From positions 57,598,001-57,662,000 of the forward strand of contig NC_043013.1 in NCBI RefSeq assembly GCF_006345805.1: a DNA stretch of 64,000 nt, read 5' to 3'. The stretch comes from Octopus sinensis (taxonomy: Eukaryota). Each line of letters starts with the position of its first letter. Position 1 is the first letter of the stretch. Under the pieces are notes generated by a model. That model was not told the DNA's origin. It was given only the letters and a program-made list of their open reading frames with translations, and did not search any database. The translations under genes were made by a program, and so were the position numbers. Below are positions 24,458 through 35,099 of the stretch, piece after piece.

Positions 24458-24965
24458 ATGTCTTCGATAGAAGAAAGTCCAAAAATGAATTTCGCTGCAG
24501 CCATCAGCGGGCGCGAACTCATTAAAATTTAAATGGAAGAAATACAAACCTATTTCGGTTTGATCGGGGAATCTAGGACAACACCATCGAACGAAATAAA
24601 GAATTAAATTAGAGAAAATACTATTGTCTATAAAGTATACAATGTAGAGAAAAAAAAAGATTTGAGCACCTGGAGGAAAGCACCATCGAAAAGTGTCTTG
24701 GTGCGACTATGAAAGATATCTAACCAGAGGCGGTAAATTCACCACAATAAAAGCAAGGTTCGAGTCAACAGAGCGTGCAAGGGAGTACCTTGGAAAGGGG
24801 AAATATTTTACTTTTACCTTTATATCTGGGACGTAGGACGTCCCGGATAAAAATTTAAAATTTCCCCTCAGAAGTAGAGGTAGGCTGGATTGTAGCCACA
24901 CTTCTATACAAGAGGGAGGACAAGATACAATTGATGGAAATTGCAAGAGACGGGCCGACAATTCC
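24458..24965 (+). pseudogene. Tx1-like ORF1 5' fragment (copy 3)
   Basis: Frameshifted translation MSSIEESPKMNFAAAISGRELI…IRENTIVYKVYNV…KARFES…ILLLPLYLGRRT; the ILLLPLYLGRRT block (24804-24840) is identical to ORF1 at 27422. Confidence 0.82.
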
Positions 24966-25089
24966 AATCTGTTATATATTTTGAGTATTGTTATTACTAG
25001 CGATATCAAGATATAACTTTGTATTTTGTATTTTATGTGTAGATGTATATATATAGAAGTACATGTAATACATACACATATATACATGC

Positions 25090-25129
25090 TCTAGCAGTAT
25101 GACCCGGCAACGACGGGTCATAATGCTAG
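25090..25129 (+). mobile_element. 40-bp minimal Helitron-type terminus (TC…hairpin…CTAG|T)
   Basis: CTAGCAGTATGACCCG-gcaacga-CGGGTCATAATGCTAG forms a 15/16-bp stem; the segment begins with TC and ends with CTAG before T. Confidence 0.55.
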
Positions 25130-25191
25130 TAATAAATATAAAATTGTAATGATTAATTGCGTAGGTTTATAAGCACACACATAAATTATAT

Positions 25192-25337
25192 TTTCTATTA
25201 TAGGCATAAGGCCGGAATATAGGGCAAAGAGATAAGCGGATTACATATGCCCGATTGTGAAGCTGGCGTATATTTCATTGAACGTTGAATGAAAGGCATT
25301 TTGTCTGGCGTGGAAAAGATTCCGACAGCTGGCTGCC
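25192..25337 (-). mobile_element. Highly diverged family-B-like SINE flanked by a 23-bp direct repeat (probable TSD)
   Basis: ATAAGCACACACATA(A/G)ATTATAT occurs at 25169-25191 and 25338-25360. The interior has GGCATAAGGCC and TGAAAGGC, resembling family B. Confidence 0.55.
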
Positions 25338-25463
25338 ATAAGCACACACATAGATTATATAGTACATACTCTACAATAAACATTTAAAAAATGATTATAA
25401 CTATCTATCTACGTTCTTCTCTCCTTCCCCACTCTCTCGCTTTCTCTCTCTCGCTCTCTCTCC

Positions 25464-25517
<54 letters not shown>

Positions 25518-25540
25518 ATGTGTGTGTGTGTATATACTAT

Positions 25541-26199
25541 ATAATTTGGGTTCAGCAACGATTAGCTTCACCACACACCGAAGTTTAGAAATAGCAGTCA
25601 AAATCTTAGCTATTCCTTCTACTTTAAAGGGAGTTCCCAGAAAATCCAAAGTACTTGAAAACAAACCACGTAGGCAATCATAAATAATTGTATCTCAATT
25701 ATTAATAATTGTATCTTAAATTTGAAGGCACTGGAAAACATCACTTCACCTAACGGTATCAGAGAGATCGTATTCCGTGTTAGTGCAGCCAAATTAAAAA
25801 TAAATGAATGAGAGTAAGTCATCCTCCCTCGCCCTCCAGCGTGTTGCCAAAGTAAGATGCTACAGTTTTTTCTGGGGGAAAATTTCACAATTATTAATAA
25901 TTGAGATACAATTATTTATGATTGTGGAATCCTACGCTGAAGAGACGAAAATAGTCGGGTAAGTTATGATTATTTATTATTTATGCTTTATACTGGCTCA
26001 ATTCCGAAACGCGCGTCCGTGGGTAACCTATTATAGAATGATTTTCGTCATTTTTTTCCCTTTTGCCCACGTGGTTTGTTTTCAAGTGCTTTGGTTTTTC
26101 TGGGAACTCCCTTTAAAGTAGAAGGAATAGCTAAGATTTTGACTGCTATTTCTAAACTTCGGTGTGTGGTGAAGCTAATCGTTGTTGAACCCTGATTAT
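25541..26199 (+). mobile_element. Penelope-like pseudo-LTR region with nested inverted repeats and a hammerhead
   Basis: 137-bp inverted arms at 25541-25677 and 26063-26199, a perfect 35-bp inner inverted repeat at 25677-25711 and 25888-25922, and a hammerhead motif at 25931-26023. Confidence 0.7.
25931..26023 (+). ncRNA. Type I hammerhead ribozyme motif with a long, weak stem II region
   Basis: CCTACG-CTGAAGA-(62 nt)-GAAA-C-GCGC-GTC-CGTGGG. Stem I is 6 bp (one G-U), stem III is the palindrome ACGCGCGU, and the triplet is GUC. Stem II pairing is not obvious in this copy. Confidence 0.65.
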
Positions 26200-26299
26200 N
26201 NNNNNNNNNNNNNNNNNNNNNNNNNNNNNNNNNNNNNNNNNNNNNNNNNNNNNNNNNNNNNNNNNNNNNNNNNNNNNNNNNNNNNNNNNNNNNNNNNNN
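26200..26299. other. Assembly gap (100 N, probably a placeholder length)
   Basis: Run of exactly 100 N. Confidence 0.99.
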
Positions 26300-26527
26300 C
26301 TCCCTCTTCAAACTGTCGAAATATTTTTCTAAAGTCTTCTTCTCGACTACCACTTCTTCCATTTCTAGTTCACTCGCAACCAGGCCTCTGCCTGCTGCTC
26401 TCGCATACGTCTGGTCTTGCATTTTCAAAATCTCCAAATAAAATTCACCACGTCCTCCAGCAACGAATTCGAACTCACAACCGCGATACACAATAACCGT
26501 AACACAAAATAACCGACACCAAAAAAA
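26300..26527 (-). mobile_element. 5' UTR and ORF1 start of a further Tx1-like element (copy 4), cut off by the gap
   Basis: ATG at 26422-26420 gives MQDQTYARAAGRGLVASELEMEEVVVEKKTLEKYFDSLKRE, resembling copy 3 (NFAAAISGRELI..EEIQTYF). The T-rich UTR shares TGTGAGTTCGA(A)TTC with the UTR of the element at 26957. Confidence 0.6.
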
Positions 26528-26956
26528 CTGCTAGCTGCAGATATCTTTCTCGACTTCGTAAATATATGTATCTAATTTTCAGTGAAGTTTATTCACTGAT
26601 TACCAAAATCAGAAATATTAAATTTTTAAATATCTCATAAAGATATGTACGGTGGTGGGATAATAGACTGGTTGTATACTGTCAATTTAACGTGACAGTA
26701 ACGGGTTACACCACCGCTGTTTAGCCCTAGGAACCATCGACGCTTCCTGTCGGCTTCGACACATTTTCTGTGTCCTTATATATTTACGAAGGGGAGACAA
26801 ATACCCCCAACCATTCTATCGTCCCACCACAGTACATATCTCTATGAGATATTTAGAAATTTAATATTTCTGATTTTGGTGATCAGTGAATAAACTTCAC
26901 TGAAGATTAGATATATATATTCACGAAGTCGAGACAGATATCTGCAGCTAGCAGGC
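26528..26956. repeat. Palindromic hub: a reverse copy (26528-26811) and a forward copy (26808-26956) of the ~355-nt hammerhead-bearing repeat
   Basis: ~140-bp inverted arms (26528-26668 and 26814-26954). 26607-26811 is the reverse complement of 32408-32612 (~88%). There is CAAC microhomology at the inversion junction (26808-26811). Confidence 0.9.
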
Positions 26957-27204
26957 CTTTTGAATTTTTCCTCGGAATACGTCAAACATTTTTCTGTTGT
27001 TGCAAGCCGTTGTGTGAGTTCGATTCCGTTTGTCTTTTTGTTTTGCGTTACACGTGAAAAATTTTTGAACTGTTGTTTTTTGACTCAGTAATTTTCGCCC
27101 TTCGGGGTAGAAAAATTCTTTGTTTTTTGTGTGAACTGTTAACCTGTATAGGTTATTTTTGAAAAATTCCCTCGTCATTTGTGACAAGTTTCTTGTTTTC
27201 TATA

Positions 27205-28688
27205 ATGGAACTTGGCTTAAATTCAAAAAAAGATTTTCTCGAGATGGGAGAAGGCACAACCGATAACAAACAAAAGGTTACACAGGCAAAACCAAGTTTC
27301 TCAGAACGCCGTAGGCGGCAACGTGGTAGAGCTGGAAGTGGCTATGGAAAAGTTCTTCCAGTTCAGAAAGTTAATTTAAAAAAACGGTGAAGAAACGCGA
27401 TTAATACCGCCCCCTGAAACTATGGAGGCAATTCGAGAAAAGACGGTTACTTACAAAGTATATTATATAAAAGAAAAAAGAATAACCGACGTGAAAAATT
27501 ATATAGTCGAAAGGTGTATGGCGCCAATATGGAGTAAGGTTCGCTACGTCAGCCGAGGTGCGAGAAGCGCTACAATAGAAGCTCATTTCGAGTCGGCTGA
27601 TGTAGCGAAGGAAATGTCAACACAAACATTGAAAAGCGAACATATCCTATTACTTCCCTTGTATTTGGGGCGTAGGACGGCGAAAGTTACAATTGAGGAC
27701 ATACCAAAGGGATACGAAGTGACGTGGGCGGCAACAGCGGTCATATTTGATGTGGAGGAAAAATTAACAATATTGAGCATGAGGAAGAAAGAGGCAACAA
27801 ACTGGAAAGGCCAACAGCTTGAGATGATTATTCAAGTAGAAAATTCTACGCAGGAAAGCTTGCCAGATAGGGTCTTCGTGGGGGAGGGGCATACCATACG
27901 TGTATCGGTAGAGGGACGCAGGCCCAGATGTTTCAAGAGCGGGCAAAAAGGCCATGTTCGCTCCGTATGTACGAAAAAAAAAATGGTCAACGCCCTGCCT
28001 CAAAACGCTGTGAAAAACACAGAGAACAACAAAGTAGACAACACAGCAACAACAAAAGAAAACACGGAAAAGAAAAAACAAACTGAATTTCAAAAAGAGG
28101 ACAAAAAGAATGAAAAACAAAACGAAAAAGAAAAGGAAGAGGAAAATAATCTAGCAAAAAAGATGAGCAAGAAGAAATGGAATATACGACTGTGACAAAC
28201 AAAAAGAAAAATCTAATACCCTGACTCTCCACCCCAAACAAAAAACAAAATCAATATAAAAAAAAATTTCCAATCCCATCCCGCTGGTACTACGTTTGTA
28301 GGACAGCAATTCAATAAACCCCACCCCAACTTTAAAAGGGTTTAAATCAAATGATAAGTGTATAGCTTATAATACGAGAAATGAGAGAGTTGTGAGGTTC
28401 GTGAAAACAAGAACTCAAATCAAATGCTTTAAAACGACAGAGAAGGACCCGGAATGGAGATACGCAAGGGTCGGCGAGGAGGAATGGAAGGAGAGACTCT
28501 TCCAACATGTAAAGGACGGTTTCATTAAGGATCTCACCCAGAAGGTGATAGCTGGTAGAGTGCATATCAGCCCGGCAGCCACACCAACCCAGAGCCCGGT
28601 GGCAACGCCGGTGAAATACCCAGCAACAACGGAGAGTGTGGGGAAGGCAGGCGGACATAACCTGTCATGCTCCCTCTCGCAACCGTAA
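27205..28688 (+). pseudogene. Tx1-like ORF1 (nucleic-acid-binding protein with a CCHC zinc knuckle)
   Basis: Starts at ATG 27205 and is frameshifted into ORF 27422-28195 (RPRCFKSGQKGHVRSVC knuckle, second Cys mutated to Ser). A K/E-rich tail follows, with a final segment at 28392-28688. Confidence 0.8.
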
Positions 28689-28710
28689 GTAAATTATTTT
28701 TCTTTCTTCG

Positions 28711-31700
28711 ATGATTAAGTTAGGCTGTATAAATGTGGGTGGAATGGGGTCGAAATGGAAACAGGCTTGTTTGCTGGACGACCTCATTTCACATAGAATC
28801 GATGTGGCTATTGTCACCGAGTCCAAGATGAAAGGACCATAATCGTTCTCGCCACTTCTCAATGGCTACAAGAAATTTATTTCTCCTAGCCGAGGGTGAG
28901 GTGCAGGCGTGGCAGTCTTTATCAGGAATAACTTGGACTTACAGGTAAGTACTGTCTTTCTGGACTCAGAAGGTAGGCTGGTTGTCCTAGATGTGACTCA
29001 CGTGAGTAAGCAGTCCTTCAGGTTGGTAGCTGTCTACGCTCCTAATGGGTGTGGGCAAACCGGTTTTTATCGGGACCTGGATCACTTTCTAGTGACGTCT
29101 AAAACGGTAGTCTTGGTAGGGGATTTCAACACTATTCTCGCTGCGCGGGTTGATAGTGTAGGCTCGAACGATAGGAAAGGGAATCCTTGCCTCAAGGCTC
29201 TACTAGCGAGCTTTAATCTAGTAGACCGTTTTCGACTGGATAAGCCGAACTTTCCACAGTGGACGTTGAGTAATAACGACGGCTCACGCAGATCGTACAT
29301 AGATAGAGTATTTGTTAAGGAACGAGATAAGAATAGTGTTAGCTGTCCACAATTTTCTGTTGTGCCTTACACGGATCACAAACTTGTGACGTGTGAGGTA
29401 CAGGTAGATAAATGCCATAGACAGGGTCCCGGGTACTGGAAAATGAACAAGTCTATTTTGACTGGTGAAACTTTCCGCAGCCGGATTAAGGAATTAGTCC
29501 AGAGGGCATTATGTGGCACCATCATTAATAATAGATGGTGGCTCGCCCTCAAAAGAGCCATCCGTTTGGAGTCCATTAGATTTAGCAAGCAGCTAAGTTT
29601 AGATAGGGCGAATTCGTTAAGACCTTAGACGAGGCAATGGAATCTGGCTGTACATCTGGAGTGTTAGCAGCGAGAACGGTCTTGTACCGTCACCTCAACG
29701 CCAAGCATGAGGGGTGTAGAGTCAGAGCTAAGTTACGTACAGGGAAATGAGAAGGTATTAACGTTGCCGGATGGGCCCGTCGTGAGGAGAGTCAGGAGGG
29801 CAAAAAGTCCTGTATTAAGGTCTTTCACTGACGAGCAGGATCGCAAGATCTATGGACAAATGCTGGTTGTTTGGGGATGGCGGTCCGCTCGAGCGAGGGG
29901 AGGCCTTAAAGGACTTCCTAGCCGGTGGTCCGCGGCTCTCGACACGTGAGGCGGAATGCTGTGAAGGATCGATCTCTCCCGCGGAGGTAAGAGAGGTTAT
30001 GGCCGGTTGCGCCGGGGAAAAGTCGCCGGGGTTAGATGGTCAGCCCAATGAGTTCTATTGTTGTATGCCGGACTTGTTCGGAGATATACTGGCGGGAGTC
30101 TATGCGAACTGGCAACATAATGGGAGGATTCCCAGTTCTGTGAGCCGGGGAGTTGTGACGCTGGTCCAGAAAGACCCGAACAAGAGGGATAGGATGAGTA
30201 ATTATAGGCCCATAACTCTACTTAATGTAGAGTTTAAGATTTTGGCCAAGGTGTTAGCAAAAAGGTTGACGGCTGTCGTGGAGAAACTTGTCGGGAAGCC
30301 ACAGAAATGTGCAATCCCAGGCAGGTCGATCCAGGATAATCTTCACCTTCTCCGCTACACTATAGACAAGGTCGGGAAATTAGCCGGCAAAGGAGGGGCA
30401 TTGGTCCATTTAGACCAAAGTAAAGCGTTCGATAGGGTAGACCATCGGTACTTCGCGACTGTCCTCGGGGCGGCTGGGCTGGGCACTGGCTTTTGCGGGT
30501 GGATCTCAGCTATGTACAGCGGCATCAAGTCCAAAATCCAGATAAACGGTTACCTAACGGAGCCGCTTTCGATCAAGCGTTCAGTTCGTCAAGGGTGTCC
30601 CTTGTCCCCGCTCCTGTATGTTTTGGCTCTTGAGCCATTGCTGCGGAAGTTGGAGAAGTTGGGAGGCAACCCTAATGAAATCGGATGCGGTAAGTCTATT
30701 TCTGCCTATGCGGATGACGTCACCCACATTGTGTCCAACGAAGCACAGCTAACTCGTGTAGAAGGTGCTCTCCGAAGATACGAAGTTAACAAGGACAAGT
30801 CCACCGGTTTGCGCCTCGGCACCTGGAGGAACAAGCCGATATTGTCCAGTGTTGTTGGACACTGGACAGATGGTCCTGTTAAATTGCTCGGAGTTTGGTT
30901 TGGTCCAGACTCCCAGACGGAGAAGAATTGGAGCGAGGTAGCGAACAAGGTAGAAGCTATAGTACGGAAGTGGTCCGGAAGGCATCTTTCATTGAAAGGG
31001 AGGGCGGAGGTGGTACAGATGTTTATAGCCTCTGTCGTCACCTACCGCCTGACCGTCGTGCCTTGCCCCGATTCGTGGTTAAACAAGTTGGAACGACTCC
31101 TTTTCCGCTTTTTGTGGAAAGGAGGAAAGCCACTTGTAAGACGCTCCGCGTGTTGCCAGAAACCGCTAAATGGTGGGCTGGGGATGCCTCGGCTAATGAT
31201 GCGCAGGCATGCGTTGAGGCTGAAACATCTCTGGTGTCACCTGGAGGGTGATAAGGTGTGGAGTCCGCTGGCAGAGAAATTCTTCCCGCGACCGGCCTCT
31301 ATGGAGAGATTTAAACCCGGTTTCATTAAAAGACTAACCGGACTTTATGGCAGAAGGAGTGCCGACAGGCACTCTGGCTAATCCACAAGGTGGGCAAGGC
31401 CGGCAGCGGGAATACCACCTCGGTGTTCTATAGAGGGCTGGTAGAGGCAAAAAATGACGACGTCCTAGGAGGGGCTCTGGGGTTCGATGAGAATCAACTC
31501 TCCAACCTGTTTAAGAAGACTTTCAGGCCGGGGTATTTAGACAATTACCAAAAATCCCTGACCTGGCAGTGCTATAGGAATGCATTACCTGTTCGCAAGG
31601 AGTTATCCAGGCACGGAATGTCAGTGCCACCGACATGTCCAAGATGTGGGTTGGACGATGAAACCGTTCAACACGCTTTTGTACAATGTCGGGAGCTGTC

Positions 31701-32010
31701 AAGCTTGATAAGTTACATTGAACACATGTCGTATCTGGGACGAGTACAGCTGTCGGCTGGATCTATGATAAAGATGATAACGCCAACTGGACTCCCAAAG
31801 GAAGGTAAGGCTTGTTTTTACTGTACGGTGACAGTTCTGAAAGAGTGTGTGTGGAGAACCAGAATGGAAGGTTTAGTGACAGGGTCCTTTGTCTCTGGCT
31901 CCGGTTTGTTAAAATACTTCAGATATCATCTGAAGAGCCTGCCACAGAAAGAGTATATGAAACGTTGGAAGGATGTGATGAGAAAGGTGGATGTTAGTAA
32001 CCCAGCTTAA
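28711..32010 (+). pseudogene. Tx1-like ORF2: APE endonuclease, reverse transcriptase and CCHC zinc finger
   Basis: APE motifs INVGG, VTES, LVAVYAPN, GDFN, YIDRVFV, TDH and GPGYWKMN. RT motifs YRPITLLN, DQSKAFDRV, QGCPLSP and YADD. C-terminal CPRC…ETVQHAFVQC. Several stops and frameshifts. Confidence 0.95.
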
Positions 32011-32321
32011 TCATTGAAGAAAGGAAAAATTAGTTGCTGGGCCTTATAAGCTGCCGGGTTCAAAATTCGAAACCGGCACTTCTCATTCCTTTTCATTTTA
32101 CATATGTTATAATGTCTAATGATTTTTTTTTGTTAAAAAAAAAACACGCACTAAAGTTCTCGTTATAAAGGCGAAAGTAAGCCAAGTTTTCGTTCAAGTT
32201 ACATTATAATTAAATTTTTATAATTTTTAAGTATCATTCGAACTCTCATAATATTCTTTGTAATTGTTTGTCTTGTGATGTCCAATTCTATGTAAAATCG
32301 CATGATTTTAATAGAGATTTC

Positions 32322-32612
32322 ATCTGCAGCTAGCAGGCTTCTGCTACTCTAGACCGATGATGGGCAAAGACCCTGAAACATGCGTGTCTCTAGATGCAGG
32401 CCTAGCTGTTGGGAGTATTTGTCTTCCCTTCATAAATATATAAGGACACAGGAAATGTGTCGAAGCCGACAGGAAGCGTAGATGCTTCCTAGGGCTAAAC
32501 AGCGGTGGTGTAATCCCCTACTGTCACGTTAAATGGACAGTATACAACCATTCTATCACCCCACCACCGTACATATCTCTATGAGATATTTAGAAATTTA
32601 ATATTTCTGATT
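32322..32612 (+). mobile_element. Continuation of the hammerhead-bearing repeat (retrozyme or PLE pseudo-LTR-like monomer)
   Basis: Begins with the duplicated target and contains the hammerhead. 32545-32612 repeats 26808-26875 (68-nt terminal redundancy). Confidence 0.85.
32348..32394 (+). ncRNA. Degenerate type I hammerhead ribozyme
   Basis: TCTAGA-CCGATGA-T-GGG(CAAAGA)CCC-T-GAAA-CATGCGT-GTC-TCTAGA. Stem I is 6 bp, stem III is a near-palindrome (ACAUGCGUGU) and the triplet is GUC. The core has U4C, so this copy is probably inactive. Confidence 0.72.
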
Positions 32613-32644
32613 ATTATTAAATATATATACATATATATATCTAA

Positions 32645-32792
32645 ACGGACGCGCTTTTCAGTCTTCGTGTACTAATTTTATTCAGAAGGCTTTCGTCAGC
32701 ACGGGACTGTCCATTATGCCAAATAGTGAGACTGAACCCAAGCTATGTGGTTGGGAAAGAAACTGCTTACCACACAGCCACGTCTGTGCCTA
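32645..32792 (-). mobile_element. Diverged 5' half of a family A SINE
   Basis: The reverse complement reads AGGCACAGACGTGGCTGTGTGGTAAG…CCAACCACAT…GGGTTCAGTCTCAC. Confidence 0.75.
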
Positions 32793-35099
32793 CTAAATGT
32801 TATACAAGGGTTTCACCGACATTAATACCTTTTGTAGACGCAAGCATACACACACACATAAGGTTGACGAAAGGTAGAAGGTGAGAGGAAAAGAGTAGGA
32901 TTGAAAGAGAGAGTGATAGACAAAGAGAGGGGATTGTGATGAGTGGATTCAGATGAAGGTGATGTGTAACAAGGTAGTCCAGAACAGAAAAAGGCTGTTG
33001 TAGAAACTACAGAATTAAAAGAATGACTCAATAGTGTCTGCGTCGATGAGATATTTTTAGTGTTCTTGTTGATTAAGTTTGGATTAGCCCTAGTTGAGCA
33101 AATCATGTCAAGTATTTCAGCAACGAAGAATCAATCTTATAATATATATATTCGACTACATGGATCTGTATGTCCATCCCACTTTAAAGACGGTTTTATT
33201 TTTATGATATCAAGCGAACACGTAAAGACTTAATCGTTGCACAAACAAGTGGCAGATGTGGTTCGCGGAGAGACAAAGATAGTTCAGTGAATAACAGCAA
33301 TGACGTCATTAAGATGTGAGTGGCAAACCACGAAGGATCGAAAATTAAAAAATCTTATGTAAAATATGGTGCATTCATTCATATCTCAGTATATGACTGG
33401 AGTTTGAAAGAATGGGACATATAAAGCAAATTATAAAAGATAAAAAAATACGAAATGAACTCTAGTGGCATTTGGGATCAGAATACAAACGAAGTTATCT
33501 AAATATTAGTATTAGACACAATTCAGTTCATCCTTGAAAGTTTTGCAAAAATGTGATAACATTTCTTATATTAAGATAAGGCTAATCGTTTATAGAGGAT
33601 ATTTCATGTGATATGTGTGTGTGCATGGATGTGTGTATGTAATGATGTATGTATGTAAACAGGTGCTCGCATTGGGTTGTTAATCAGTTTAGCATTAACA
33701 TAAACCAAATAAGATCAGTTAAGTTTCTTCACGTACACTTTCACGCATCCTCTCAGAATCCGCACTCAAACCACCCACATCCTAACAGCGCCCTTCACTC
33801 ACCAAGCAACTCTATCCTTTAAAATTCTCCCCCAAATTCCAATCCAGCTCCGTTGACCGCAATCCAAGAGGGTTCAAAATGTCGGTTGGCAGTTCATTTA
33901 GTACTTCATGCAATGATCTTCGCAACAACAGAGAAAGCCACTCGTATGCGTAATTTGAACTCGCTATTTTGAGGGGCATAACTAAATTCCACAGACATTT
34001 TTATTAATATTTAGTTTTAAGTCATTAGCAATGACAGAGCTGTCATTGTGTCACAGACATTCCACCCATGACTGTCATATAATAATATATTCAGACACAG
34101 TATATATGAGTTATTCTTAATTACCAGAGAAGAATATGGTTTAAGGGAAGCGGGACAGCTACATCCACCAGGTTTACCTGTTGTATCATCGTATCAACCA
34201 CTAAGAATGGCAACAAACAGGGCCAAACGGGAGAGTGGGGAGTCATTTGAATCTCTGCTCCGACTCACACCCACTCCAGTTTATTTATTGTTTGTTGTTC
34301 GTTATTTAAACAATCTCGTTAGAAATCATAATTATAGGTAGAAATCATTTGAAATATCTCTAAACCAACCCTGAAATAAATTATATTTCTCTGCTTCGTG
34401 TTTTCGCTACAGAGTTATCTTTCTATTGTCTAGAAGAACTAAAAGAAACATCTAACTTTCTGAACAGCAACATAAACAAGAAAGAAAGAAGGAAAGGAAA
34501 AAGAATTGAAAGCACGTGATAAACCCAGAGACATAATTTCTTAAGAATTTGACAGTTCTATAGTTTATGTTCTCATAATACTGCGCTATTTTCTTGTGTA
34601 TATTCTAGATAGATTGAAGGTTGAGATATTCTAACACTCAAATTTGTAGCTTAAATCAAAATTAATGTACATTGCCGGTTTCCATTCTTTTTGCCTTTGT
34701 CTTTTTTACTCTTCTTTTCAATTGCTTTTATATATTTTTCACTGGTTATATATTTTTAAAATGTAGCAAAAAGAAGGGAAAAATATTATTAAAGAAATGA
34801 AAGTAGAACCATGTGTCTAGTCGAGATTATAGTTTGATCGGTTGTGTACTTTAGATCGACTTTGAAGAGCTTATATTTTGAGTACAATTTCTAATGGAGT
34901 AAAATTTGCATTCGATTCTCCTCAAGTCTTCCAAACAAGAATTAGTCTTAAGAGATGTTTGCATTTATCACATTATCAAACTTAGAATCGGTAATATCTT
35001 GCGGTTATATTTTTAAAAGATATTCTTAGAATAGCAAAGAAGTTCGCTTCGCAATAACAAAGTCTAGTATTTGATTTTACAACGTGGTTTGTTTCGTAA

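Larger units (their letters stand above)
26957..32321 (+). mobile_element. Full-length degenerate L1/Tx1-clade non-LTR retrotransposon (copy 2) with a 17-bp target-site duplication
   Basis: 5' UTR, ORF1, ORF2 and 3' UTR are all present. ATCTGCAGCTAGCAGGC occurs at 26940-26956 and 32322-32338. Confidence 0.9.

Noticed and set aside
26048-26496. ORFs 26048-26491 and 26182-26496 as genes
   Set aside because: They are stitched across the N gap; only the 26422-26300 part has independent support (Tx1 ORF1 start).
27583-31041. Minus-strand ORFs overlapping the Tx1 element
   Set aside because: They are antisense shadows of ORF1 and ORF2 with no independent motifs.
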